Below the pieces are notes generated by a model. That model did no database searches, was not told where the DNA came from, and saw only the letters and a list, made by a program, of their open reading frames with translations. Shown in pieces: positions 30,050 through 40,664 of a stretch of 56,129 nt of DNA. Source of the DNA: Planctomycetota bacterium (GTDB taxonomy: Bacteria > Planctomycetota > Phycisphaerae > UBA1845); assembly GCA_038043045.1 (NCBI GenBank), contig JBBTCX010000158.1, positions 1-56,129 of the forward strand, written 5' to 3'. Numbering within the stretch: the stretch's first letter is position 1; each line of letters starts with the position of its first letter. The translations under genes were made by a program, and so were the position numbers.

Positions 30050-30673
30050 TTAACGATCCTCAAGCTGCAAAAACTCGATCATGTACTGATCATACGTGGC
30101 TTGGGCGTCCGGCGTATTCAATTGCAATCCTAACTCATTGATCACCTTCGTCCCCATCCCAATCCATTCCCGCCAACAAGCCTTGCAAATATTCGCCCCG
30201 ATCTTCGCCCCCAGCACCCCCTTAAACGGTGGCTTTTCCAACTGCCCGGAAGGCCCACTGCACCGCGCACACCGAAATCCCGTGCTCGACTCTCCACCCG
30301 CCTTCACCTGGGTTTCCTTGGCTTTTGCTCCGCCAACACTCGGCACAGTCGCCCCCATCTCCTTCAACAGTTGAATCATGGCATCCCGTGGCATCCGATC
30401 ACCCTGTTCATCCGCGACCTGAACGCCGCGCTCCAACACCTCCACCGCCTTCGTGCGATCCCCAGCCTTCGAAGCCGCCTCTCCCAAAAACTGATAGGCC
30501 TTGGAAAGACTCGGGTTCAATTCAATCGCCCGAGACAGCGACTCAATCGCCTCCCCAAACCGCTCCGCCTCGACCAACGCCTTCCCCAAACTAAAATGCC
30601 CAAGCTCATTATGCGGATCCGACAATGCCATATTCCGAAACTGCTGAATCCGTTTCTCTACATCATTCGACAT
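30050..30673 (-). CDS. TPR domain fused to Fe(II)-trafficking YggX-like domain
   Basis: N-terminal TPRs (DPHNELGHFSLG...AIELNP..SKAY); C-terminal CARC...PPF.G.LG..I...ICKACWREW....VINE..L. Confidence 0.88.
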   Translation of the reverse strand: MSNDVEKRIQQFRNMALSDPHNELGHFSLGKALVEAERFGEAIESLSRAIELNPSLSKAYQFLGEAASKAGDRTKAVEVLERGVQVADEQGDRMPRDAMIQLLKEMGATVPSVGGAKAKETQVKAGGESSTGFRCARCSGPSGQLEKPPFKGVLGAKIGANICKACWREWIGMGTKVINELGLQLNTPDAQATYDQYMIEFLQLEDR

Positions 30674-30758
30674 GAAACCCTCTCGTTCACTTCCGGCCCA
30701 TTCATCACTCTCTGGCACAAGCTACACGAGACCCTACTGCTGCTCAAGCCGGCGGACC

Positions 30759-31646
30759 TTATCGCAGGGCCATGACCGCGGCTGGAAATATTTTGCAGTG
30801 GATGGGCAGTTTTCCTCCCCAATCACCATCGGCCTGGAACGGTACCTCAACGTCAGGATCGCACGATTCAACCTGGACGGCGCGGCCTTGCACATACACC
30901 GTCTGTTTTTCCGCAAGATGTCGGTGCATGAACAATTGCATGGCTCGGTGTAGAAACCTCACCTTGTCCTCGCAAGGCAGTACGCAGACATCCAAAAGAC
31001 CGTCATCCATTTGGGCTCGTGCGAGGATACGAAGTCCAGCCGCATACTTCGAAATCCCGCCAATAAACACCATTCCTCGACCCTGAAATACATCAGCGCC
31101 ATCGACCCGAACTCTCAACCGAGGGAATCGATGTGACCAGAAGGTTCGCCAGATCGGCCAGAAATAGTCCAAATGATTGATGTGACCACGGCGCACGCGG
31201 GACATTCGTGCCAGGCATTCGGCATCAAAACCGACGCCGACCATTGCAAGAAATCGTTTGCCATTCACCTCCCCGACATCACAGGGAACAGGCCGGCCTT
31301 CCAACAACCGATCCGCGACGGATTCCGGATTCGTGGGCATGGCAAACTCGCGGGCCAGAAGATTTTCCGTACCCGTGCCAAGAATCAAGAAGGGCACGCC
31401 CTGACCCATCAGGCCATTGACCACTTCGCAGACCGTTCCGTCTCCCCCGACGACCAAGACTGCGTCCGCCTGTCGCGAGGCCGACCGAGCCATCTCCTTC
31501 GCGTCGCCTTTGCGCTCGGTGACCATCGTCTCCAAACTTGCACCCTGTTTGGCAAGCGCGGATTCGATTCTGCGCACGAGGGGAATCATGTCGCGCGGGC
31601 CGGAAACGGGGTTCACAATTGCGAGAAATCGACGACGCATGGTCAC
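30759..31646 (-). CDS. Diacylglycerol/lipid kinase family (YegS/Rv2252/BmrU)
   Basis: IVNPVSG, GGDGTVCEVVNG, GTENLLA, DDGLLDV, QADGD. Confidence 0.93.
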   Translation of the reverse strand: MTMRRRFLAIVNPVSGPRDMIPLVRRIESALAKQGASLETMVTERKGDAKEMARSASRQADAVLVVGGDGTVCEVVNGLMGQGVPFLILGTGTENLLAREFAMPTNPESVADRLLEGRPVPCDVGEVNGKRFLAMVGVGFDAECLARMSRVRRGHINHLDYFWPIWRTFWSHRFPRLRVRVDGADVFQGRGMVFIGGISKYAAGLRILARAQMDDGLLDVCVLPCEDKVRFLHRAMQLFMHRHLAEKQTVYVQGRAVQVESCDPDVEVPFQADGDWGGKLPIHCKIFPAAVMALR

Positions 31647-31685
31647 ACCAGAATTGGGTTCAAATGGAACAGGTCTTTGTACATC

Positions 31686-32630
31686 TCATCCCGGATGCAA
31701 AACCCCGCGCATGGTGGTGACGACCTGACCACCGATTCGCACGTTGAATTCGCCTTCTGGTTTGGGCTCCACGAGCGCGTACACAAGCCCGGCTCGTCCA
31801 CCCGATTTTCCTTGGATGCACATCAATGCCGCGACTCCGTCATGAGGTTTGACAACTTTCTCGCGAACAAGGTAGGCAGCCAAGGGTCCGTGAACGCTCC
31901 CGGTCACCGGGTCTTCGTCAATACCCACGGGAGTGGCGAAAAATCGCGACTGTACGTGAATGGAAGGCGTCAAAGTTCTAATGGTCGCGAGACTCATTCC
32001 GCGCAAACCCTGACGAACCAGAATCTCTCCCAGACGATGATTGTCCGGTCGAGCTTGGTGCAAGCACTTGACATCCCGAACAAAGAACAACAAATCGGCG
32101 TCTTGGGTTCTTGCCGGTGGAAGCGCGGGGTCCATGGCGTCTTCCGTGAGTCGCAATGCGGCCACAATCTCCGAAAGGTTGAAATCGGCACGTTCCAACT
32201 TAGGTGGCCGAAGTTCCAGCCAAATCATGCGCCCCGACGAAGTTCCGGGAAGCCGTTCGACGAAGGCCGTAAGCGTACCCGACAACGTCTCCAAACCAAC
32301 ACGCACGGCGTCGTGGGTTTCGTCCCAAGGAATACGCCCGGCTTCGATCAGTGCATGCACACCGGCCAAGGTCGCGTGTCCACACATGGTGGCTTCGACG
32401 GAAGGGGTGAACCAGCGAAACCGAAAGCTCGCGGCGTGCGCGCCATTTGAGCCGTTGCCTTTTTGGTCTTCCATCGGAAACACGAAAGTCGTTTCGCTAT
32501 GATTGAATTCGGCGGCAATGGCTTGCATTCGGGATTCGTCCAAGCCGGCAGCGTCGATCAGCACGGCGGCGGGATTCCCCGCGAATGGTTCGCTGGTAAA
32601 GGCGTCGGCCACGTAAAAGGTTCGTTCCAT
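31686..32630 (-). CDS. PhzF-family epimerase/isomerase
   Basis: DAFT..PFAGNPAAV, SETTF, RWFTP..E..MCGHATL, EDPVTGS. Confidence 0.95.
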   Translation of the reverse strand: MERTFYVADAFTSEPFAGNPAAVLIDAAGLDESRMQAIAAEFNHSETTFVFPMEDQKGNGSNGAHAASFRFRWFTPSVEATMCGHATLAGVHALIEAGRIPWDETHDAVRVGLETLSGTLTAFVERLPGTSSGRMIWLELRPPKLERADFNLSEIVAALRLTEDAMDPALPPARTQDADLLFFVRDVKCLHQARPDNHRLGEILVRQGLRGMSLATIRTLTPSIHVQSRFFATPVGIDEDPVTGSVHGPLAAYLVREKVVKPHDGVAALMCIQGKSGGRAGLVYALVEPKPEGEFNVRIGGQVVTTMRGVLHPG

Positions 32631-32666
32631 GCGGGCATTCTACCGGGTCGGGTGAATGACGAAATC

Positions 32667-34673
32667 CTAAAAAACCGCGTGTGACGTTCGGTTGTCCGTG
32701 GCGGGTTCCGGGTGTTCGACGTTGGGGTGAATGAGATGGACCTTGGGGCACGACTCCTGAGCAATGATCGAAAGATCGCATTCATGCTCAAGCCAAGAAG
32801 ATCCCGCGAAGTCATATTTCCGCCGTTGGATGAATCCATTGGAGCGATAAGTTGCGTCAGCGGCCTCGTTGTCGGCATGAAGCAAGACTCGGTATGTGCA
32901 GATTCCACAGGCCTGCAAGTCCTTCGCGCTTCGATGGATCAGCGATCGTGCCACGCCCATTCGTCTAGCCGAAGGGTCGACCGCCAACAGGAACAACTCC
33001 CCTACTTCCGGATCGTCGGGTTCTTGGTTTCTCGCGCGAAGTTGGGCGATCACACCCCAACCGTCACGAAGCAGGCTGGGTTGACGAATGACTCCCCAGG
33101 TCAGCGCGGCGAGCAATGAAATGGGGTCGAAGCGAATCATGTCGCCAAGAACGCCGCCCATTCCAATCCGCGTGACCAACAATCCCACGACGGATTGATC
33201 CAACTCGGCCACGTATACGCGCGTGGTCGGCGAGTCCAACAATGCCGGAAAAAAGACGCGGCGTAGGAAGCTCTCTCCGATACGAACGAGAAAATCCGTG
33301 GGAAGGCTGGCTGCATGTATGGCGGCGAGTCGGGCGACATCTGGACGCGTGGCGCTTCGCACACGAATGCCGCCGACCGTCGTACCTGCCATTGGCGAGT
33401 GCCATGCGATGCCACTTTTTTCGATTCGGCTCTCGAAGGTGCGAACCCGCTTGGCGATTCGCTCGACGTCGTCGAAACGGAGACTCGGATGACTTGGAAG
33501 ACGGAGAATTCGACTCTGGACTTCGCTGGCGACGGGACAATGGCTTTGAAATTCTTGATAGATCGGCGCATCCGCGCAATTGGTGTATTCGGCCCACTCG
33601 GAGTCGATCCCGGCTTTGAATAAGGAACGAGCGAGGTTTGCGGGGTCGTCGACAAGGATGCCACAGTACATTCCATTGTGGGTGGTGGCGTCTTCGTGAT
33701 TCAGGCAGGAAATGTTCTTTTGTTTCCTCAAGGTCGCGTCCATCCATTCGACGATCAATCGCCTTCGCTGAATCCAAGTCCGCGCACCTTGAATCTGCGA
33801 CAAACCCAGTGCGGCTTGAAACGGCGCCAGGCGGCCTTCCTCAATCCGTGGAGGTTTGCCGGAACGCCGCGGTTTCTCGGTGAATATTTGCTGGACAACA
33901 CTCGGACAGATCGTCTTCATCATACGAAGCATAGGCCAAAGGAGCAGGGTGTAGGGAGCCGTGCGCGTACCGATGTCCAACAGGAGGCCTTTGACGTAGC
34001 GTCGTATGCTCTTCACGAACGGCACAACGGTGCTTGTCCGGGCGAGGTCGTCTCGAATTCTTTGAGCGAGTTGGTCATCGTTCGTGGTGATGACGCCGCC
34101 GCCGTAGGCCGTAATCAACTTCATGGCGCTGAGGCTGAAGATTCCCGCGCGGCCAAACGTACCCACGTGCCGCCCTTGGTATTTTGATCCGAACGCGTGG
34201 GCACAGTCTTCGATCATGATGAGGTCGTGTTTCTTGGCGAGTTGGCACAAGGCATCCATGTCGCAGGGCTGACCAAACATGTGCGTGGTCAAGAGAAATC
34301 GAGACCGAGGCGAAATGCAAGTAGCCACCGAATTTGGATCCACATTGAGGTCGTCGATTTTTATATCCGCAAAGACCGGCGGAAAACCCATGAGGCGAAA
34401 CTGTTCCACCATGACGAAATAGTTATAGGCCGGGAGAATGGCTTCAGATTTCGGTTGAACGTCAAGATGTTTGAGCACGAGGTGCAGGCCTAGGCGACCT
34501 GATGACACGGCGATGGCATGTCGGCAACCGACGAATTTTTGGAATTCTTCCTCGAACCGCCGGACGAGGGCGTCGTGCTTCGCGGGGTGCAGGAGCGCGG
34601 TCCAGATTCGGTGATGGTCGAGAAATCTCGTTTCGATTTGGTGTCTGGGAATTGCGATTGGAAGAATTCTCAC
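32667..34673 (-). CDS. DegT/DnrJ/EryC1/StrS sugar aminotransferase fused to a C-terminal GNAT acetyltransferase
   Basis: SSGR.GL, THMFGQPCD, IEDCAHAFG, SLSAMKLI..GGG (PLP Lys); C-terminal LAVDPSARRMGVAR...N..A...Y...GF. Confidence 0.9.
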   Translation of the reverse strand: MRILPIAIPRHQIETRFLDHHRIWTALLHPAKHDALVRRFEEEFQKFVGCRHAIAVSSGRLGLHLVLKHLDVQPKSEAILPAYNYFVMVEQFRLMGFPPVFADIKIDDLNVDPNSVATCISPRSRFLLTTHMFGQPCDMDALCQLAKKHDLIMIEDCAHAFGSKYQGRHVGTFGRAGIFSLSAMKLITAYGGGVITTNDDQLAQRIRDDLARTSTVVPFVKSIRRYVKGLLLDIGTRTAPYTLLLWPMLRMMKTICPSVVQQIFTEKPRRSGKPPRIEEGRLAPFQAALGLSQIQGARTWIQRRRLIVEWMDATLRKQKNISCLNHEDATTHNGMYCGILVDDPANLARSLFKAGIDSEWAEYTNCADAPIYQEFQSHCPVASEVQSRILRLPSHPSLRFDDVERIAKRVRTFESRIEKSGIAWHSPMAGTTVGGIRVRSATRPDVARLAAIHAASLPTDFLVRIGESFLRRVFFPALLDSPTTRVYVAELDQSVVGLLVTRIGMGGVLGDMIRFDPISLLAALTWGVIRQPSLLRDGWGVIAQLRARNQEPDDPEVGELFLLAVDPSARRMGVARSLIHRSAKDLQACGICTYRVLLHADNEAADATYRSNGFIQRRKYDFAGSSWLEHECDLSIIAQESCPKVHLIHPNVEHPEPATDNRTSHAVF

Positions 34674-34732
34674 GGGTCATTTCCCCCGAGGATTACGGCA
34701 GTTTCCTGGCGTCTCATAATATCGAAACGTCT

Positions 34733-36136
34733 TTACAGCAGGGCGCGGCCGAGATGTACGAGCTTTCGCAGCTCGAAGAGACTCCGCGTCTTGGTCAAAC
34801 GACGAATCGCTCGAATGGGTTTGGTATAAAACGATCGCATCGCGTTTTGTCGTAGGGTTTGAAGGCGTTGCGGTGATAGATACCTTAATCGCAAGTTGCT
34901 CCTTTGGAAACGGTGGTCGGAGGTGTCCGCGGAGAGAAAACCCTCGCGCGCGGCACGCTCCGCAAGCGGCGTGTGCGGCAGAATGTTCACGACGTTGTAG
35001 GAAACGTAATCGGCACCCAGCGATTCGATGAACCGCGTCGTGGTCTCGATCTCCATTTCCGTTTCATCCTCGAAGCCCAACATGACAAACGCGGTCGTTT
35101 CAAGTCCGAGGGTTTTGCATCGTCGAAACACATTGCGAATTTCATCATCTTCGATCGGTTTTCCATTGGCGAGTCGGCGATGTCGCAGGCCGCTTTCGAC
35201 CCCGAATTCGATTCCGTAGCAACCGGCGGATTTCATCGCGCCCAATAAGCGTTCCGCGGCTACGTCGATTCGCGTGGTGCAAAGCCAGCGTAATTCGAGA
35301 GCGCGCGAAGCGAGTTTTTCCAGGAACTCGGTCGTGATGCGTTTGTTGAGTCCGAAGGTGAGGTCCTTGAAATAGGCTTCCTTGAACCCGAGCCGATCGA
35401 TTTCAACGAGCTCGGCGATGAGATCGTCGGCGGGGCGATAGCACGCTTTGCGATAGAGGGCATTGTCCAGGCAAAACTCGCAGGTGAAGGGGCAGCCGAA
35501 GCTCATTTGCACGCAGGTGACCGGAGTCCGTTTGCTTTGCGGAAAAAAGTAACGCGGATCTCGAAAAATATCGTGAACAGGTGTGGGGATTCGAAGGTCC
35601 TCTCGATAGCTCACCTTGGTCGGCGGGATCACCACGGAATCGCCCCGGCGCACGGCGACGTTGAGCGGAACCGCATCCGGTTGGGTTAACAACTCGGATA
35701 CATTGTTTTCGGCGGTGTTCATTATGAAACCATTCAACCAAGGGTGTTCGTCCATCAGCAGACGCGTCGTGGCATGGTCCAAGGCCAATTGCAGCGGCGC
35801 CACCGCATACATGGGAACTTCGCCCAAGGCATGCTTGAGGATTCCCAGCCACCAAAGTTCATCGCGCGTCGATGTAGCGGATACCAGGGAAATCACGCCA
35901 TTCACGTTGAGTGCGCGGCTTTCGGAAATCAGTTTCGACCAATTCCAACTGCGGATTTGGGCATCGAGGAATCGCGGCGCAAATCCGCTCTGTCGAATGG
36001 CGCCTGATAGAAGGATGAGATCGATGCTCGGAAACGGGGCGGGGGGCGCGTTGTCTTTTCCTCGGGTTGACGCTCGGCGGGCGTAGCCGCTCGTGCTGGG
36101 TGGATCCAGCAACAACCAATCACCCGTTGTTGTCAT
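34733..36136 (-). CDS. Radical SAM protein with B12-binding-like N-terminal region
   Basis: SFGCPFTCEFC (CxxxCxxC), D..F, AGC..I.FGVESG, FVMLGF..ET. Confidence 0.9.
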   Translation of the reverse strand: MTTTGDWLLLDPPSTSGYARRASTRGKDNAPPAPFPSIDLILLSGAIRQSGFAPRFLDAQIRSWNWSKLISESRALNVNGVISLVSATSTRDELWWLGILKHALGEVPMYAVAPLQLALDHATTRLLMDEHPWLNGFIMNTAENNVSELLTQPDAVPLNVAVRRGDSVVIPPTKVSYREDLRIPTPVHDIFRDPRYFFPQSKRTPVTCVQMSFGCPFTCEFCLDNALYRKACYRPADDLIAELVEIDRLGFKEAYFKDLTFGLNKRITTEFLEKLASRALELRWLCTTRIDVAAERLLGAMKSAGCYGIEFGVESGLRHRRLANGKPIEDDEIRNVFRRCKTLGLETTAFVMLGFEDETEMEIETTTRFIESLGADYVSYNVVNILPHTPLAERAAREGFLSADTSDHRFQRSNLRLRYLSPQRLQTLRQNAMRSFYTKPIRAIRRLTKTRSLFELRKLVHLGRALL

Positions 36137-36924
36137 CGGGTGGACCCCTTCGCGATTTCTTGGGGAATTTCAGGCAAATTCGTGGGCGGATTCTTGCGGT
36201 CTCCGCGGCGAGCACTGATCAACAGGGAGCCGGAAAACTCGCGCACGACTGGAATGGCTTCAAGCGTTCTGCCAACCCGTGACACCATCGAAACCAAAGA
36301 TTCCGGGACGGCTGGATGAAGAAAATCAAAGGGTCGGATATGTACATCGACAAGACCGGCCAATGCGAGGTCCCTTGCGAACCGCCAGCGAACGAACGCG
36401 GTTTCTTCGGGTGTCTCGCCGGCCCAGCGCCGAATCATGGGCACCTTGCGCTGCAGCGCGATTTGCGGGTTGATCATGTTCGGTTCCGCGAAAGCCATTC
36501 TTCCTTGGGGGGCGAGCACCCGATACACTTCGGCGAGGGCTCGTTTGATGTCGAGATGGTGGAGAATGCTGGAACCGACCACGGCATCGAAGGCCCCGTC
36601 TCCAAACGGAAGGGCTTCGGCGTCTGCGACTTCGAAATGAACGCGGCCCTCCTGCAACCCGCGATCCTTCGCGCGCCGGAGCAAATGCAACGACACATCG
36701 ATGGCCACGATCTCGCAGCCCCGAGCGGCAAAATGCTCCGTGAACAGACCCGTTCCGCACCCGAGTTCGAGAATGCGATTCCCTCGCTGAATCCGTGCCG
36801 CGCTGGCGATCATCTCGGCACGGCGAATGGCGCGCTGTTTTCCCGCCGGAGAGGCCCAATTCCAAATGGCTTCCGCGTGATCGCTGATTCTCTCTCCTTG
36901 TTCAATCTCACCAATTCGTACCAT
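36133..36924 (-). CDS. Class I SAM-dependent methyltransferase
   Basis: ILELGCGTG, DAEALPF.DG.FDAV, ILHHL, RVL.P.G. Confidence 0.93.
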   Translation of the reverse strand: MVRIGEIEQGERISDHAEAIWNWASPAGKQRAIRRAEMIASAARIQRGNRILELGCGTGLFTEHFAARGCEIVAIDVSLHLLRRAKDRGLQEGRVHFEVADAEALPFGDGAFDAVVGSSILHHLDIKRALAEVYRVLAPQGRMAFAEPNMINPQIALQRKVPMIRRWAGETPEETAFVRWRFARDLALAGLVDVHIRPFDFLHPAVPESLVSMVSRVGRTLEAIPVVREFSGSLLISARRGDRKNPPTNLPEIPQEIAKGSTR

Positions 36925-37082
36925 GAATTTCCCGGTGGCGTGGGTTGTTCGCCATGAGTCCTGTTAACCGTCGTCACGATTATGAATGGAGTCGGAGTAA
37001 AATTCGAAGGGCTCCAATCACAAAACTACTATGCTATCGGACCCAATTCGCTCGAAAGTGAGTTAGATCCGCCACAGGGGGT

Positions 37083-38717
37083 TCAAGGTAGGTTCCGAAC
37101 TGTTTCGCAATCGTGCGCCAAGACCGGCTTGTACTCAGCGTCGGGTCTGCGTCTGTAAATTCGCATGATTTCCACCTGTTCCCCAAGGCGACGCCTCTCC
37201 CAGGGCTTGTAGGCCTCATAGGTTATGGCGGGGAAGGATGTCGGGTGAGCAGCCTCGGCAACGAGTTCGTATTTCGGCGGTGCCGCAAAGCGACACCATC
37301 GATCGCGGTATCGGAATACCCATGAAAGGTTCACGCCAATCCACGGACAGTCGGATTCGTATGCGGCCTGGTGACTGGCGACAGGAATGGTCGGCGACTC
37401 CGCTCCTTCGGGATGAGTATCGAGCACAAGGCAAAACGTTTGGGTGAAATCCTTTTCTTCTCTTACCCATGCACTCGAACCAGCCCAAATGACGTTGGGA
37501 GTGAAACCACCAAGAGAGTTTTCGTCGTTCACGGTCTGTGCCAAGAACTCCGCAGGATATGTAAGTTGACTGTAGGGTATTGCGAACATGGCGAACGAGC
37601 AAAGCGAAGCCGCAACGAGCGTACCCGTGGTCAATCTCTGCCACAACCCTGTGTTTAGTCGCTTCACAACAAACACGGCTACGCAGACCATGATGGGAAG
37701 GTACATGCCGAAAAAACGTCCAAAAAAAATGGTTTTGTTTAATAGGACGCTGGCGCTGGCATGAAGGAGATAACAACCCATTGTCGCGGCCATTGTTGCT
37801 TTCAGACTTCGTGGCCACTCGACGGAAAGTCGAAGCAAAGCCAACGCCGCGCCGATGACAAACAGACCTAGGACGATCATGCCGGCCGGTCCCTCTACGT
37901 CGTAGAGGTATCTCCAAGCGAAGACATATCCCTCCGGCCCGTATCCTTGGTCTTTTTGGTCCGCATGCTCAAAAAGAGTTGCTGCTATCTCGCTGAGATA
38001 ACTGACATTTCCCAGGCGTGCGATTGCCTCAAGCGCTCCCACTACACAGCATGCGCCGACTATGTACTCTGCGACACAGCGCAATTTGTCGCGAGCGACG
38101 GTCGCCAAGACAATGCCATTCAACGCGACGAACAAATAATATGCGGGATATACAGCAAATCCGAGGAGGGTCAACATTCCAGCCAGCCACGCATAGCCTC
38201 GCGGAAAACGGGAATTGTCAACTTGGCGACAGATGACTACCAACCCCGAAAGAAAAAACACCAGGGATGTGTAATACGGCATTAGATGTCGAATCCACAG
38301 ATTTGAAAAACAAAGTAAGGAAAAAATAAATGCAGCCAGAAACCCATGCCAACTGTTATCGGTCCAAGTTCTTGCAAGAAGGTAGACGCAGATCGTCACT
38401 CCAAGCGACACGAGAATCTGAAAACCGCATGAGATACCGTATGCCTTCAAGCCGTTGGGATCGATTCCCGCAATTGACGCGAGTTGTCGCTGCAAAAGTG
38501 TCGGCAAGACACTAAACAGTACAAACGCCGGACGACCTAGGCATTGGAACGGCTGGGAAAATGCCTCTTGATACCGTCCGGCCTCGAAATGATCAAGCAT
38601 CGCTCCCGCAGAAAGATATCGGTACTCGTCCCGCCAAAAGAAATGCCCGCGATCCACCAGCGTCAATCGATACGCGGCGAGGCCAAGCAAAAGGACCAAT
38701 AGTAAGATTCGCGGCAT
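37083..38717 (-). CDS. Polytopic membrane protein, probable GT-C (ArnT/PMT-like) glycosyltransferase
   Basis: N-terminal TM followed by WRDE..Y, about 10 TM helices, periplasmic C-terminus. Confidence 0.7.
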   Translation of the reverse strand: MPRILLLVLLLGLAAYRLTLVDRGHFFWRDEYRYLSAGAMLDHFEAGRYQEAFSQPFQCLGRPAFVLFSVLPTLLQRQLASIAGIDPNGLKAYGISCGFQILVSLGVTICVYLLARTWTDNSWHGFLAAFIFSLLCFSNLWIRHLMPYYTSLVFFLSGLVVICRQVDNSRFPRGYAWLAGMLTLLGFAVYPAYYLFVALNGIVLATVARDKLRCVAEYIVGACCVVGALEAIARLGNVSYLSEIAATLFEHADQKDQGYGPEGYVFAWRYLYDVEGPAGMIVLGLFVIGAALALLRLSVEWPRSLKATMAATMGCYLLHASASVLLNKTIFFGRFFGMYLPIMVCVAVFVVKRLNTGLWQRLTTGTLVAASLCSFAMFAIPYSQLTYPAEFLAQTVNDENSLGGFTPNVIWAGSSAWVREEKDFTQTFCLVLDTHPEGAESPTIPVASHQAAYESDCPWIGVNLSWVFRYRDRWCRFAAPPKYELVAEAAHPTSFPAITYEAYKPWERRRLGEQVEIMRIYRRRPDAEYKPVLAHDCETVRNLP

Positions 38718-38725
38718 GGGCGGGC

Positions 38726-40600
38726 TTACTCCGATGTTGTAATCGGAACCTCAGCGGTTCGGTTGTACGTACGACTGCCCTGTACATCATAGATTCGCAA
38801 GCGACCTCCCCCGGTTGCCAACATTTCCGGGAGGCACTGCGGCCCCCAGCCCTCTGCCAAAAACTCCCATTCGTGGTGCTCTACGTGTGAAAACTCAGCG
38901 ACCAAAACGGCCGATCGGTCCAATTCGCTTCTCATCTCTTCCCACCACTCGAACGTTGCATGCCACTGCTGTCCAGGATCGCAAAGGTGCCAGTGCTGGG
39001 CATCGGTCACAATCCATCGCACTCCCTCTTCTCGCAGTTGCTGTAAGGCGATCCGCGCCGGCGCGCCCTCACAGGTTGAATTCAATGTTCTGACAGAGAT
39101 GGCCGAGGTATCGACGTACAGTGTGTATTTGCGAGTGTCAGAAGGCAAGACTGCGGTTCCCTTCTGTTTATTTAGCCACGCACACGCCTCGGGAGTGCCG
39201 CTTGGCTGCACCATAAGGGACCATGCTTGATCCAACCCCGGCGAGGCGATCAGCACCGCTGCTATCCCCAGGAGAAATCTCGCAGGATGGGGCGACAGCC
39301 GACAACAGGCGATCGTGCGAACCAACAATGACGCCGAGCAAAGGCAAAGAAACGGGATTAGCACTGCAAGGGCGCGAGCAACCGAATATCTTTGCAGCGC
39401 AAGGATTCCTAAAGTGCCTACGATTAGAAGCGCAGGCCATCTTTTAGCGCCTTTGTTTAATACAACCCAGGCAACGCCGATCATGGCCAGGATCATCTCG
39501 GGTGTCCCATGCCAGTGTCGAAAGTATTCGCCGTATCGAAGCAAGACTTCTGGGTTCCACCCGCCATCCTCCACGCCTACGCGTTCTTGTAGTAAAATTA
39601 CATAGTGGCTCACGTAATGCAGAAAACCATGAATGGGAAGGTAACTATTCGTGATAATTGCGGCGAATTGGGCCAACCGAAAGACGCCTTCCGCGGCAAG
39701 AATCGGCGACATTACTCCACCACCGAACAAGGCCGCTCGCCGAATAAAATCAGGTTTGGAAACAGTGGAGTCGTTGGTCACGGATGTCTGCCTCCCGAGA
39801 GTCCAGTCAAAAAGGAAAAGCAACACCGGAATGTAAGCGCTTCTGTAGTGACAAATTATGGCATATCCAAAGCAAAGTCCCGCGAGAAAGTACGCTTTCC
39901 CCCAGGAGATCCGCCGCTGACACCCAGCGACCCAGAACAAAGTACCGCATAACACAAATAAGGTCGCCGACGGCTCGGCCAACGCGCTGCGGCAATAAAC
40001 AATATGGTAGGGCGAAACGGCCAACAGAAACGCCGCCGCCAGTGCCGTTTTGCAATCGTAGAGCATCACGCCCAATCCATACAGCGCCATGATCGACAGC
40101 ACTCCACAGACGGAATTCGTTACGAAAAGGGCCGCTGGATTGTCGCCTACGACGAACATCATGATCGAACCGAGAACGGTGAATCCTTGACTCGGTTTGA
40201 TGTACCGATCCTCAAAGTGTACGCCGTTGGCCTCCAGTCGGGCTTGAAAAGCGCGCTTGTCGCCGGACCACACGGCCGAGAGGGCTTGAGGGTCCGTCAA
40301 GGTTTTCATACAACGGTGCCACAGCCTGGCATCGCCCGCGTACCAACTTTCGTCTTCAAAGGAAACGCCTGCGCTTTGGATTTGATTGAACCGAAGGGCG
40401 GCGGCCAGTACAGTAATAAGTAGCAGCGTAATCCAAGTCCCCCGACGGGTTGGGATTCTTGCCACGTCGGATCGTTTGCTATCATGAAAATCGCTTGCAG
40501 CTTGGTCAGGGCTGGAGGGCAATAGGACTTCTTGTTTACTTGACGGCCAAGAGCGCTCTCCGCGATGTAGTACAGGCGGCTGAATGTTATCGAGTTTCAT
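38726..40600 (-). CDS. GT-C (PMT_2/GT39-like) glycosyltransferase
   Basis: AAALRF...FEDESWY; AAFLLAVSPYHIVYCR.ALAE; multiple TM helices. Confidence 0.85.
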   Translation of the reverse strand: MKLDNIQPPVLHRGERSWPSSKQEVLLPSSPDQAASDFHDSKRSDVARIPTRRGTWITLLLITVLAAALRFNQIQSAGVSFEDESWYAGDARLWHRCMKTLTDPQALSAVWSGDKRAFQARLEANGVHFEDRYIKPSQGFTVLGSIMMFVVGDNPAALFVTNSVCGVLSIMALYGLGVMLYDCKTALAAAFLLAVSPYHIVYCRSALAEPSATLFVLCGTLFWVAGCQRRISWGKAYFLAGLCFGYAIICHYRSAYIPVLLFLFDWTLGRQTSVTNDSTVSKPDFIRRAALFGGGVMSPILAAEGVFRLAQFAAIITNSYLPIHGFLHYVSHYVILLQERVGVEDGGWNPEVLLRYGEYFRHWHGTPEMILAMIGVAWVVLNKGAKRWPALLIVGTLGILALQRYSVARALAVLIPFLCLCSASLLVRTIACCRLSPHPARFLLGIAAVLIASPGLDQAWSLMVQPSGTPEACAWLNKQKGTAVLPSDTRKYTLYVDTSAISVRTLNSTCEGAPARIALQQLREEGVRWIVTDAQHWHLCDPGQQWHATFEWWEEMRSELDRSAVLVAEFSHVEHHEWEFLAEGWGPQCLPEMLATGGGRLRIYDVQGSRTYNRTAEVPITTSE

Positions 40601-40664
40601 ATCTGGCAGTCGTTTGGTGTTGGTGAACAGTGCATGGTTTACAGAAAACTACAGAGTGACAGTT

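Noticed and set aside
31686-32630. Phenazine biosynthesis cluster
   Set aside because: Lone PhzF-family gene without phzA/B/D/E/G
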